DNA of 64,000 bases from contig JAZDCY010000012.1 in NCBI GenBank assembly GCA_036679645.1, forward strand, positions 88,965 to 152,964, in the 5' to 3' direction. Below, in pieces: positions 17,683-27,027 of the stretch. Made by a program: the position numbers and the translations under genes. The notes below the pieces were generated by a model. It ran no database searches, had not been told where the DNA came from, and saw only the letters and a list, made by a program, of their open reading frames with translations. How positions within the stretch are numbered: position 1 is the stretch's first letter; each line of letters begins with the position of its first letter. The DNA comes from Gemmatimonadota bacterium. GTDB lineage: Bacteria > Gemmatimonadota > Gemmatimonadetes > Gemmatimonadales > GWC2-71-9.

Positions 17683-19285
17683 GGGGCTCACTGAAGAGGA
17701 AGTGCTCGCGCTGGGGACCGAGGTGGGCATCTTGTCCGTCCATCTCCAACAGGCGTTGCTCGAAGAACAGACACGGGCGGTGGCCGTGCCCCAGAAAGGA
17801 TTCGGGACCTGGCTGGCCGGCCCACAACGCGTCGCCGCCGAGCGCGTTATTTCTGGCGCCGCCGGTGTCCACGATGAGGCACTCACCTACTGGATGGAAG
17901 ACGGCGAACTGCTGACCATCAAGCGGCGCTACCCGGACAGCACCGCGTGGGAGGCTCGGCGCGGCGCCATGGCGTCGCTGCGACGGTCGATCGGGGCCGG
18001 TGGAAAGCGGTACACGCTGGCGCGCGCGCGGGAGATAGTCACCCGGGTAGTCCCAGTCGATACCGATCGTGCCCACGTACGAATCGTGGCAGATCTCAGC
18101 AATACGCGCCGCGAGCATTTGGCTGGGGCCGCCGGCATGGCGGTGACCGGGAGTGGGTTTACGGCCGTGGCGATCACCCTCGGCATCGCCATCCCTTTTG
18201 CCCTCGTTCCCATCCCGCTCGGACTCGCGCTAGGCTTCTCGTTGGCGCGCGCCCGACGCAGGGGCGTTGAGCGGATGCAAACCGCGCTGGAACAGATCCT
18301 GGACCGGCTCGAGCACGGTGAGATCGAGATCCCACCCACGTTGGAACCGCCACAGAACCCGCTGGCGCTCCAATCACCACGTACAACGGGAACACCGATG
18401 AGCGATATCAACCGCGTAGGAGTCCTCGGCTGCGGTCTTATGGGCAGTGGCATCGCCCAGGTCGCCGCGGCGGCGGGATATCAGACTGTCGTTCGAGATG
18501 TGAGCGACGCACTGAACGAGAAGGGCAGAGGCCGCATCATCAAATCGCTCGACAAGGCGGTGGAAAAAGGCAAGCTCGAGCCCGCGGCGCGCGACTTGAC
18601 GCTGGATCGGCTCACGTTCACCACCGCCGTCGCCGATCTCGAGCAGAGCGACGTCATCATCGAGGCCGTGACCGAAGACCTCGATGCGAAGAACACGTTG
18701 TGGCAGGAACTCGACTCGCTCTCTGGTGCCGACACGATCTTTGCGTCCAACACGTCGAGCCTCACGATCGCCGCGATGGCTGCCGTCACGCAGCGGGCGG
18801 ACCGCTTCGTCGGGCTGCATTTCTTCAATCCGGTTCCCATCATGAAGCTGGTAGAGGTCGTGAGGACGGTCACGACCTCGCCCGCGACGTTCGACCGAGC
18901 TATGGCCTTCGCGGCGTCGCTGGGCAAAAAACCGATCGCGGCCAAGGACACCTCGGGCTTTATCGTAAACCTGCTGCTCGTTCCCTATCTCCTCGACGCC
19001 ATCCGCGCGGTGGAGGGAGGGGTCGGGTCCATACCGGACATCGACCAAGGGATGGTGCTCGGAACCGGGTATCCCATGGGCCCGTTCACGCTGCTCGATT
19101 TCGTCGGCCTCGACACGACGTTCAAAATTGCGGAGATCATGTTCGACGAATACCGGGAAAAGCGCTACGCGCCGCCGCCGCTCCTCAAACGGATGGTGCT
19201 TGCCGGGATGTACGGCAAGAAGTCGGGAAAGGGGTTCTACGACTACTCGTCGACTCCGCCAGCGGTATCGGATCTTGGGCTCTAG
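17579..19285 (+). CDS. Fusion ORF: unknown 2-TM membrane domain (aa 1-273) + 3-hydroxybutyryl-CoA dehydrogenase (aa 274-568)
   Basis: The C-terminal part from ATG 18398 is a complete Hbd/HADH ([16 protein letters not shown] Rossmann motif, [25 protein letters not shown]). There is no stop in frame between 17579 and 18398. The N-terminal part has coding-like codon usage and a hydrophobic pair ([28 protein letters not shown]). Confidence 0.7.
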   Translation: MTDTVPPGSRIDRPALERIIQRAAELQAREREIGEGLTEEEVLALGTEVGILSVHLQQALLEEQTRAVAVPQKGFGTWLAGPQRVAAERVISGAAGVHDEALTYWMEDGELLTIKRRYPDSTAWEARRGAMASLRRSIGAGGKRYTLARAREIVTRVVPVDTDRAHVRIVADLSNTRREHLAGAAGMAVTGSGFTAVAITLGIAIPFALVPIPLGLALGFSLARARRRGVERMQTALEQILDRLEHGEIEIPPTLEPPQNPLALQSPRTTGTPMSDINRVGVLGCGLMGSGIAQVAAAAGYQTVVRDVSDALNEKGRGRIIKSLDKAVEKGKLEPAARDLTLDRLTFTTAVADLEQSDVIIEAVTEDLDAKNTLWQELDSLSGADTIFASNTSSLTIAAMAAVTQRADRFVGLHFFNPVPIMKLVEVVRTVTTSPATFDRAMAFAASLGKKPIAAKDTSGFIVNLLLVPYLLDAIRAVEGGVGSIPDIDQGMVLGTGYPMGPFTLLDFVGLDTTFKIAEIMFDEYREKRYAPPPLLKRMVLAGMYGKKSGKGFYDYSSTPPAVSDLGL

Positions 19286-19426
19286 CCGCCGAGTGCCGAG
19301 GGACGACATGATCCACTCGGAACCGGAGGTTGACGCCGCTGCGTTCGTGACGCAGCCTTTCGGGGGATAGGGGTACAATTGCTTCTGCTCACACCTTCTT
19401 ACCAGCGCTGAGGGAGGACCTCCATC

Positions 19427-19897
19427 ATGCGACGTGTGACCGTTTTTGCGTTCGCCGCGGTTCTCGTAGGGTCTGCAGCATGCGGCGGCGGCATCCGACC
19501 CGCGTACAGTCCCTTTGTAAACGCTCGTATCGACACCGTAAACGCCGAGCCCGCCGACGTCGTCCAGGAGATCGCGTCCCGTGTCGTGGCGGAGGGCATG
19601 CGCATCAACTGGAACAGCCCGGAAGAGGGGTTTGTCGAGACCCAGTGGTACGATCTGGTCACACGGCAATCGGGTCAGACCTCTCGCTCGAATCCGGACC
19701 GCGTGATCCTGCTTCGGTTCTGGGCAGACCCCATCGGGCCGGGCCGGTCCAAGCTGACCGCCGAGGCCGTTCTCAAGCGAACGACCGATCCGTCCGTTCT
19801 GCCGCGAGAACAAGAGATGATGGTCCCGCCCGGACACGGTGGGATGCGGCTGCTCGATCGCGTGATCGTAGGTCTGCACGAACGCTTCGGTCGGTGA
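19427..19897 (+). CDS. Lipoprotein, function unknown
   Basis: Lipobox AAVLVGSAACGG, GGAGG upstream, 156 aa. Confidence 0.65.
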   Translation: MRRVTVFAFAAVLVGSAACGGGIRPAYSPFVNARIDTVNAEPADVVQEIASRVVAEGMRINWNSPEEGFVETQWYDLVTRQSGQTSRSNPDRVILLRFWADPIGPGRSKLTAEAVLKRTTDPSVLPREQEMMVPPGHGGMRLLDRVIVGLHERFGR

Positions 19898-20355
19898 CGC
19901 GGCGCGGGCTCGTCATTCTCCTCGCGGCCGGGACGGTCGCGTGCGTCTCCTCGCGACAGCGGCCATTGAGGCCTGCGGCCGAAGAGGTGGTCGACGCCTC
20001 GGTGCGGCTGGCCTGGACGGCCGCGTTGCAGGCGGTCACCGATCAGGGACTCCCGCTTCGGCTGAGTGATCCCGAGACGCGGACCATCGAGACGGACCTG
20101 GTCGACATCGCCGAGTACCGACCGGAAGCCACGCAGTATCCCTACGCCGAGCGGCTGGTACGATTTCGCGTCCTCGTCATCGTCGATCCCGAGAGTGATG
20201 GCGCGCGCGTCCTGTTCTTCGCGATGTACAGCCCCTTTCAGACGGGGCTCTCAAACACCCGGCGGAACGAGCGGGAGATTCCTCGCGATCACCCCGCCAT
20301 GCGCCTGATTCGGGAGATGGCGTCCAAGGTGCGAAAGACCATAGAAGGAGAATGA
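19894..20355 (+). CDS. Lipoprotein, function unknown (similar size and architecture to the preceding gene)
   Basis: GTG 19894 makes a GTGA overlap with the upstream stop. N-terminus VTRRGLVILLAAGTVACVSS contains a lipobox. The N-terminal part of the longer track ORF is an off-frame shadow. Confidence 0.6.
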   Translation: MTRRGLVILLAAGTVACVSSRQRPLRPAAEEVVDASVRLAWTAALQAVTDQGLPLRLSDPETRTIETDLVDIAEYRPEATQYPYAERLVRFRVLVIVDPESDGARVLFFAMYSPFQTGLSNTRRNEREIPRDHPAMRLIREMASKVRKTIEGE

Positions 20356-21371
20356 CCGCCGGCCCCGGCCCGGATCGCGCATTCTGCGCCGAGATGTTGC
20401 CAAAGGTGTCCAGGACCTTCGCGCTCGCCATCCGCCTCCTCCCGCCCGACCTGCGCCATGCCGTGCGGACCGCATACCTCATGTGCCGGGTGGCTGACAC
20501 CATTGAAGATGCGCTACAGATCGCGCCCGGCACAAAAGAGGGGCTGCTCCGAGAATTCAGCGCCTGCCTCGAGCCGGGAGGACCCGACGCGTCGGCGCTG
20601 CGGGAGGCCTTTGCCCACCCTCGTACCGACGAGGAGGAACTTGCCTTCGAGGCTGATCGTGTCCTGAGCGAGTTCCGTGCACTCTCGAACCCGGAACAAG
20701 CGGCGATACGCCCGTGGGTCCAGGAGATGGCAGCGGGCATGGGAGAATTCGCAACCCGGCACGCGGATGACGGGACGCTGCATACGCTCGAGAGCGTCGC
20801 GGAACTGGATCGCTACTGCTACTACGTCGCGGGGACCGTGGGCCACCTGCTCACCGAGCTGTTCAGGCACCACGAGACCGGTATCACCAAAGACCGGCAT
20901 CGGCAACTGGACAGCCTAGCCACGAGTTTTGGCCTGGGGCTGCAACTCACGAACATCATCAAGGACGTGGCCGACGATCGGCACCGGGGATGGAGCTTTG
21001 TGCCCGGCGACCTCTGCGCGGTCGCCGGTGTGCGGCCGGAGGACCTGCAGCTGCCCGCCCACACCGATCAAGCCCGCGACGTGATGCGTGCGCTCATCGA
21101 CAAGGCAAGGCGACATCTCGACGATGCGCTCGAGTACTGTGTGACGCTGCCGGGAGGAGCGTACCGCGTGCGCATCTTCTGCCTCACATCGCTCTACTTT
21201 GCCGTGCGGACCCTGCGTCGCGCCGAGCGCGACCCACGACTGCTAGACCCCGACCACAAGGTCAAGATCTCGCGTTCGGATGTCTACCGCACGGTGGTCA
21301 CGACCTATCTGGTCGCGCCGTTCGACGCCCTGGTGCGCCGGTACTACCGTATACTCGCCGCGACGGGGTAG
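20352..21371 (+). CDS. Squalene/phytoene synthase family enzyme (squalene synthase-like)
   Basis: LPKVSRTFALAIRLLP, Asp-rich motifs RVADTIED and NIIKDVADD, and YCYYVAGTVGHLL. AAGGAG upstream, and the start makes an ATGA overlap with the previous gene. Confidence 0.8.
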   Translation: MTAGPGPDRAFCAEMLPKVSRTFALAIRLLPPDLRHAVRTAYLMCRVADTIEDALQIAPGTKEGLLREFSACLEPGGPDASALREAFAHPRTDEEELAFEADRVLSEFRALSNPEQAAIRPWVQEMAAGMGEFATRHADDGTLHTLESVAELDRYCYYVAGTVGHLLTELFRHHETGITKDRHRQLDSLATSFGLGLQLTNIIKDVADDRHRGWSFVPGDLCAVAGVRPEDLQLPAHTDQARDVMRALIDKARRHLDDALEYCVTLPGGAYRVRIFCLTSLYFAVRTLRRAERDPRLLDPDHKVKISRSDVYRTVVTTYLVAPFDALVRRYYRILAATG

Positions 21372-21414
21372 CCGCCCGCGCATCCGCAATCGACCAAGCA
21401 GTACATTAGTCCGC

Positions 21415-23082
21415 ATGCCAGCCCTCGGTCCGCCACCCCGCTTCGACGGTCGCTTCTTCACCGACCAGGCGGTACGCAGCGCGTACAGTGAGGGAGCCGG
21501 GCCCTACCGGATAGTGCCGGCAGCCGTTGCCATGCCGGAACACCGGGCAGACCTTCGGCGACTGTTGCTGCACGCGGCGGACACCGACACACCGATACAC
21601 CCCCGGGGTGCCGGTAGTGGGATTCCGGGCGGTAATCTCGGCACCGGCATCGTCGTCGATCTTGCGCGGTTTGACCGCCCCGCGCGGGTGGCGCTCACGG
21701 AGACAGCTAACATGGGCTCTGCGGTGACCTGGGCGACCGTTACTCAGGTGGCGTCACACTTCGGATTGCGGCTCCCGCCGGATCCCTCATCGGGCGCATT
21801 CTGTACGATTGGTGGAATGGTCGCGACAAACGCCGCGGGTGCCCGAAGCCTCAGCGTCGGCAGCATCCGCCGCTGGGTCCGCGGCGTCGAATTCGTCACG
21901 ACAGATGGCGAGGCGGGTTGGCTGACACGCGGGCACGCGGCCCGCACGCAAAAATACCGCACGCCGACCGACAGACGCACCCTCGTCGAACGCCTAGCCG
22001 CGGAGGAACGGTTCGCTCCGGTGGAAGCCGCCGTGCAAGCGGCGGCGCCGCTCATAGCAGATCGGTTCCCCCGAACCAACAAGAACGCCTCGGGCTACGC
22101 ACTCGATGAGTTCCTCGCTTCGGGTGATCTCGTCGATCTCATTGTGGGGTCCGAGGGCACGCTCGGCATCGTGACCCGTGTAGAGCTCCAGTTGCAACGC
22201 TCGCCGGAGTTCGCTGGGACGCTGCTCCTCGGACTGGCATCCATCGACACGCTCGGCGATGTCGTCACGACGTTACGAGCGAGCGACCCCGCAATGATCG
22301 AGCTACTCGACCGGTCATTCCTCGAGTTCGTTCCTCCCAACGCACTCCTCGGAACGTGTGACCTCGATGCGGTGCTCCTCGTCGAGTTCGAAAAACGAGA
22401 TGAGGTGACTCTCACCACCACCCTATCCGCCGCACGCGAGAGCGTGCGCGACGCATGCCCCCTCAGTCGCAGCGCGACATCGCACGATGAGCGCGAAGCG
22501 CTCTGGGCGCTGCGGCACGCAGCGAGCTCTACGCTCGCCGCACTTCCTCCAAACCGACGTTCGTTGCAGGTCATCGAGGATGGCTGCGTGCCGCCCGAGG
22601 CACTCGATTCGTACCTACGGGGCGTACGTCAACTCGCTGCCGAGAGCGGAGTTCAGGTCGTAGCATTCGGGCATGCCGGCGACGGACATCTCCACGTCAA
22701 CGCCCTCGTGGACACCACCGAATCGAACTTTGCCGCGCGACTCGAGCAACTGCTCGACGGGGTCACAGCTCTCGTGATCGACTTGGGGGGAACACCGAGC
22801 GGAGAGCACGGAGACGGGCTGCTTCGTGCCCATGTGCTTGACCGGCTCTACGGGCGCGAAATCACCGACCTGTTTGCCCGTGTCAAACAGTCGTTCGATC
22901 CAGCTGGCGTGTTGAATCCGGGTGTCATCGTACCGACGACCGGAGCCAGTCCACTCGACCGGCTGAAAGTTGGAGACGGTGCCGATGCCATCCCGCACGA
23001 CGTCGCCGAGAGGCTCCGCCACATGGAACGGACGGGCGGCTGGGGTACGTCGCCGCTCAGTCTGGTAGACGCGCCGTCATGA
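21415..23082 (+). CDS. FAD-linked oxidase (GlcD/FAD_binding_4 family)
   Basis: [26 protein letters not shown]-binding motif, [15 protein letters not shown], and a C-terminal FAD-oxidase domain ([10 protein letters not shown]). ATG 21415 chosen because the upstream extension overlaps the SQS gene. Confidence 0.8.
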   Translation: MPALGPPPRFDGRFFTDQAVRSAYSEGAGPYRIVPAAVAMPEHRADLRRLLLHAADTDTPIHPRGAGSGIPGGNLGTGIVVDLARFDRPARVALTETANMGSAVTWATVTQVASHFGLRLPPDPSSGAFCTIGGMVATNAAGARSLSVGSIRRWVRGVEFVTTDGEAGWLTRGHAARTQKYRTPTDRRTLVERLAAEERFAPVEAAVQAAAPLIADRFPRTNKNASGYALDEFLASGDLVDLIVGSEGTLGIVTRVELQLQRSPEFAGTLLLGLASIDTLGDVVTTLRASDPAMIELLDRSFLEFVPPNALLGTCDLDAVLLVEFEKRDEVTLTTTLSAARESVRDACPLSRSATSHDEREALWALRHAASSTLAALPPNRRSLQVIEDGCVPPEALDSYLRGVRQLAAESGVQVVAFGHAGDGHLHVNALVDTTESNFAARLEQLLDGVTALVIDLGGTPSGEHGDGLLRAHVLDRLYGREITDLFARVKQSFDPAGVLNPGVIVPTTGASPLDRLKVGDGADAIPHDVAERLRHMERTGGWGTSPLSLVDAPS

Positions 23083-23873
23083 AACCCTATCTCGATGTGC
23101 TACAGCACGTGCTCGAGCACGGTGTAGCAAAAGCAGATCGAACGGGCACCGGTACGCTGAGCGTCTTCGGCTATCAGACGCGCTATGACCTCAGCGCGGG
23201 ATTCCCGCTCGTCACTACGAAGAAGGTCCATCTCAAATCCATCATTCACGAGTTGCTGTGGTTTCTGCGCGGTGAGACGAACGTGTCGTCGCTGCGAGAA
23301 CACGGCGTGCGGATCTGGGACGAATGGGCCGACGACGCTGGCGAACTCGGCCCGATCTACGGGTACCAGTGGCGTTCGTGGCCATCACCCGACGGCCGCC
23401 ACATCGACCAGATCGCTGACGTCGTCGATCGAATCCGGACCGAGCCAGACTCACGTCGTCTCATCGTGTCTGCCTGGAACGTCACGGATATCCCCGCGAT
23501 GGCGCTTGCCCCGTGCCATACGTTGTTCCAGTTCTACGTTGCCCAGGGCCGGCTGTCATGTCAGCTCTATCAACGCAGTGCCGACCTGTTTCTGGGTGTC
23601 CCGTTCAATATCGCGTCTTACTCGCTCCTGACCATGATGATGGCGCACGTCACACATCTCAGGCTCGGCGAGTTCGTCCACACGTTGGGAGACGCGCACA
23701 TCTACACGAACCACGTTGACCAGGTCCGTCTGCAACTCTCCCGCGCCCCACGCGATCTGCCCACCATGACGCTGAACCCGGATATCGATTCGGTTCTCGG
23801 CTTCGCCTACGGCGACTTCACGATTACGGGGTACGACCCTCATCCCCGCATCCCCGCGCCGATCGCCGTGTGA
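23079..23873 (+). CDS. thyA: Thymidylate synthase (ThyA type)
   Basis: [15 protein letters not shown]...[24 protein letters not shown] (catalytic Cys), and DAHIYTNH. The start makes an ATGA overlap with the upstream gene. Confidence 0.95.
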   Translation: MKPYLDVLQHVLEHGVAKADRTGTGTLSVFGYQTRYDLSAGFPLVTTKKVHLKSIIHELLWFLRGETNVSSLREHGVRIWDEWADDAGELGPIYGYQWRSWPSPDGRHIDQIADVVDRIRTEPDSRRLIVSAWNVTDIPAMALAPCHTLFQFYVAQGRLSCQLYQRSADLFLGVPFNIASYSLLTMMMAHVTHLRLGEFVHTLGDAHIYTNHVDQVRLQLSRAPRDLPTMTLNPDIDSVLGFAYGDFTITGYDPHPRIPAPIAV

Positions 23874-24376
23874 CCGTATCCTTGATCGTGGCCGTCGCGG
23901 AGAACGGCGTCATAGGTAGGGACGGGCAGCTTCCCTGGGTGCTGCCGGACGACCTGAGGCACTTCAGACGCGTGACCATGGGACACACGCTCATCATGGG
24001 ACGCAAGACGTTCGAGTCGATCGGGAGGGCCCTCCCGGGCCGTCGCTCCATCGTGTTGTCGCGCGATCCGTCGTTTACGGCCGTGGACGTTACTCCCGCA
24101 GGCGATCTTCCGACTGCAATCGCCGCCGCCGCAGACGACGACGCCTTTGTAATCGGCGGCGCGTCCCTATATCGGGAGGCGCTCTTCGTTGCCGACCAGC
24201 TGTACGTCACGCGCGTCCACGCTACCGTAGATGGTGATGTCCGCTTTCCGCCGGTCGACTGTGCGGTGTGGCACCTCATCGAACACACGGAACACCCCCA
24301 GGACGATCAACACGCCCACGCGTTCACGATTGAGCTATACGTACGCCACAACACCGCGCCTCCCTCGCCGACCTAG
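23870..24376 (+). CDS. folA: Dihydrofolate reductase
   Basis: [36 protein letters not shown], and [12 protein letters not shown] overlap with the thyA stop. Confidence 0.9.
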   Translation: MTVSLIVAVAENGVIGRDGQLPWVLPDDLRHFRRVTMGHTLIMGRKTFESIGRALPGRRSIVLSRDPSFTAVDVTPAGDLPTAIAAAADDDAFVIGGASLYREALFVADQLYVTRVHATVDGDVRFPPVDCAVWHLIEHTEHPQDDQHAHAFTIELYVRHNTAPPSPT

Positions 24377-24437
24377 GAAAACGTAAGCATTCGGCATTTC
24401 GTATCGTGTGCGCAACTCGACTCCGCTCGGGAGTGCA

Positions 24438-25523
24438 ATGCGGCTCGGGCTTGCATTCAACCAAAAACCAACCACCGGTGATCACGACCGGGCCGTTGTT
24501 CTTCCAGTAGACCTCACATCCACGCATCCGTCCGACGCCTTCGTCGAGTGGGATGACCCCATGACGATCGACGCCGTCGTACATGCACTCAGCGCATTCG
24601 GCCAGGTCGTTCGGCTGGAAGCGATCGGAGGTTTCCCGGAACGGCTGGCGCGGGCCAATGTCGATCTGCTCTTCAACATGGCCGAGGGCGGTCGTGGGCC
24701 GAGCCGCGAGTCCCACGTTCCGGCGATCGCGGAGTTCCTAGGCATACGTTACACGGCATCGGACCCACTCACGTTGGCGTTGGCGCTTCACAAGGGACGT
24801 GCCAAGGAAATCTTCCAGTCACGTGGGATCCCAACGGCGCCCTTTGTGATGGTCACTTCGCCAACAGACGCCGAGCGCCTTCGTGCAGCGTTACACTTTC
24901 CGCTCTTCCTCAAGCCCGTGTGGGAGGGTTCCTCGATGGGCATCACGGGTGCGAACCGCGTCGATACCCCAGATGAGGCCATCGAACGCGCGCGAGAGAT
25001 CCTCGCGACCTACCGGCAACCGGTGTTGGCGGAAACCTATCTGCCGGGCGACGAGTTCACGGTCGCCGTTCTGGGCAATGGGGCGGACGCTCACGCCTTG
25101 CCCCTCATCCGCTACCGCTTCGACGCCCTCTCAGCCGACGCGTTGCCGATCATGGGACACGAGGCAAAATGGGTGTGGGACGATCCAACGGTACCATTGG
25201 ACTTGCTCGAGTGCCCCGCCCTCGTGTCGAACGACTTACGGGATCGCATTTTCGGTGTTGCTGTTGCCGCGTACGGCGCGCTCGGGTGTCGCGACTGGGG
25301 CCGCGTGGACGTGCGGCTCGACGGAGACGGGACGCCGCACGTGATCGAGGTCAATCCACTTCCGGGCATCATCCCAGATGCCGCGGAGAACAGTTGCTTC
25401 CCGCGTGCCGCGGCGACCGCTGGAATCACGTATGACGAACTGATCCAGCGCGTCGTGCGCATCGCATGGCGACGCACGGCGGGCGCAGACCTTCCCGCGC
25501 ACCTGCTGGCGGAAGCGTCGTGA
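24438..25523 (+). CDS. ATP-grasp ligase, D-alanine--D-alanine ligase-like (substrate unknown)
   Basis: ATG 24438 preceded by GGGAG. ATP-grasp core (LHKGRAKEIFQSRGIPTAPF, FPLFLKPVWEGSSMGI, RVDVRLDGDGTPHVIEVNPLPG). Confidence 0.75.
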   Translation: MRLGLAFNQKPTTGDHDRAVVLPVDLTSTHPSDAFVEWDDPMTIDAVVHALSAFGQVVRLEAIGGFPERLARANVDLLFNMAEGGRGPSRESHVPAIAEFLGIRYTASDPLTLALALHKGRAKEIFQSRGIPTAPFVMVTSPTDAERLRAALHFPLFLKPVWEGSSMGITGANRVDTPDEAIERAREILATYRQPVLAETYLPGDEFTVAVLGNGADAHALPLIRYRFDALSADALPIMGHEAKWVWDDPTVPLDLLECPALVSNDLRDRIFGVAVAAYGALGCRDWGRVDVRLDGDGTPHVIEVNPLPGIIPDAAENSCFPRAAATAGITYDELIQRVVRIAWRRTAGADLPAHLLAEAS

Positions 25524-26521
25524 AAGCCGCCATCCCATACGACGGCCATGCGGACGGCTGGTCGCCCCAAGATGTGCAACAGGTGCTGGACGTCGTCCGC
25601 GACGTCGAGAAGAGTCTCTCCGGCATCGGATACGAGACGGTGCGCGTACCGGTCCGCCCCGGCGTTTGCTGGCTCGAGGACTGTGCGGCGGCGGACATCA
25701 TCTTCAACCTGTGTGAGGGCCTGGGCGGGGTAAGCCGATTCGAGAGCCAGATTGCCGGCGCGCTGGAACTCACCGGGGTCCCGGTCACCGGCGCGTCCGC
25801 GCGCACGATTGCCCTATGCCATGACAAGCCGCTGGTGAACGCACTGCTCGCGTCCCATCACCTTCCCGTGCCTCGCTGGACAACGCCAAAGCACGGTTCA
25901 CTCGACACGTTTCCCCTTCCCGCTCTCGTCAAACCCGCTGCGGAAGATGCTAGTGTGGGTATCGACCAGCAGTCGGTAGTCACGACGCGCACCGCGCTCG
26001 ACGCGCGCGTGTTGGCGGTGGCACGCGAGTATGGAGAGGTGATTATCCAGCAGTACGTCCACGGTCGGGAGATCGCAGTTGGGTTCCTCGGTGCGGATAT
26101 CCTGCCGGTTTCGGAGATCGACTTCAGCCAGATGCCCGAAGGCGCGTGGCCCATCCTTTCATTCGATGCCAAGTGGTTGGCCGACAGTGCGGAGGACCGG
26201 GGCAGCCAGCCAGTCTGTCCGGCGGCCCTGTCACCAACTATCGCGGATGAACTGACCACCGCCGCACGGCGCGTCTGGAACGCGGTCGGCGGGTCGGGAT
26301 ACGGGCGCGTAGACCTTCGCGTCGATGATGCTGGTAAGCCGTGGGTGATCGAGGTCAATCCCAATTCGGATATTTCGACCGACGCAGGTCTTGCCCGCAT
26401 GGCTCGCGCGGCGGGCTACGGCTACGCGGATCTCGTGGGTCGGATCGTAGAAATCACACGAGATGCCCACGCGGCGGGATGGAGCGGGGCGTTGAGCACG
26501 CCGGTCGAGGTATCGCCGTGA
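25520..26521 (+). CDS. ATP-grasp ligase, D-alanine--D-alanine ligase-like (second copy)
   Basis: GTG 25520 makes a GTGA overlap with the upstream stop. Motifs CHDKPLVNALLASHHLPVPRW, LPALVKPAAEDASVGI, and RVDLRVDDAGKPWVIEVNPNS. Confidence 0.75.
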   Translation: MKAAIPYDGHADGWSPQDVQQVLDVVRDVEKSLSGIGYETVRVPVRPGVCWLEDCAAADIIFNLCEGLGGVSRFESQIAGALELTGVPVTGASARTIALCHDKPLVNALLASHHLPVPRWTTPKHGSLDTFPLPALVKPAAEDASVGIDQQSVVTTRTALDARVLAVAREYGEVIIQQYVHGREIAVGFLGADILPVSEIDFSQMPEGAWPILSFDAKWLADSAEDRGSQPVCPAALSPTIADELTTAARRVWNAVGGSGYGRVDLRVDDAGKPWVIEVNPNSDISTDAGLARMARAAGYGYADLVGRIVEITRDAHAAGWSGALSTPVEVSP

Positions 26522-27027
26522 CCGCGACCATCACGCTGCGCCCGCTCGAGACAGACGATCTGCTCCAAATACCCGCGATGGTGGAGGCAACGGGCGTCTT
26601 TCGGCCGGACGAGGTGCTGGTGGCGTTGGAGGTCGCCAGTGGAGCTGTCGAGGCGCCCCGAGACGATTACTGGTCGATCGCTGCACTCGAGGACGATTCA
26701 CTTCTCGGGTACGTGACGTTCGGTCATGTGCCCTGCACGCTCGCAACCTGGGACCTGTACTGGATCGTCGTTGACCCTGCGGCGCACCATCGCGGGATCG
26801 GTCGGATGCTGCTGGCACAGTGCGAGCAGACCGTCCGCGCCGAGGGCGGCCGCCTGCTCGTGGTCGAGACTTCATCGCGCCCCGAGTACGGCACCGCCCG
26901 GTCGTTCTACGAGCACTTGGGCTACGAGCGGCGTGCCACGATCCCCGAGTACTATGGACCGGGAGATGATCTCGTCGTCTATGCCAACTATCTCCGGCCC
27001 TCCAACCAGGGGGCATTCAATGGCTGA
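26518..27027 (+). CDS. GNAT-family N-acetyltransferase (about 169 aa)
   Basis: GTG 26518 makes a GTGA overlap with the upstream stop. Acetyl-CoA-binding motif WIVVDPAAHHRGIGRMLL and C-terminal ARSFYEHLGY. Confidence 0.8.
   Translation: MTATITLRPLETDDLLQIPAMVEATGVFRPDEVLVALEVASGAVEAPRDDYWSIAALEDDSLLGYVTFGHVPCTLATWDLYWIVVDPAAHHRGIGRMLLAQCEQTVRAEGGRLLVVETSSRPEYGTARSFYEHLGYERRATIPEYYGPGDDLVVYANYLRPSNQGAFNG

Noticed and set aside
18374-19879. 501-aa - strand ORF across the Hbd gene and the lipoprotein gene
   Set aside because: Antisense to well-supported genes. Its translation is Arg/His/Glu-rich noise without domains.
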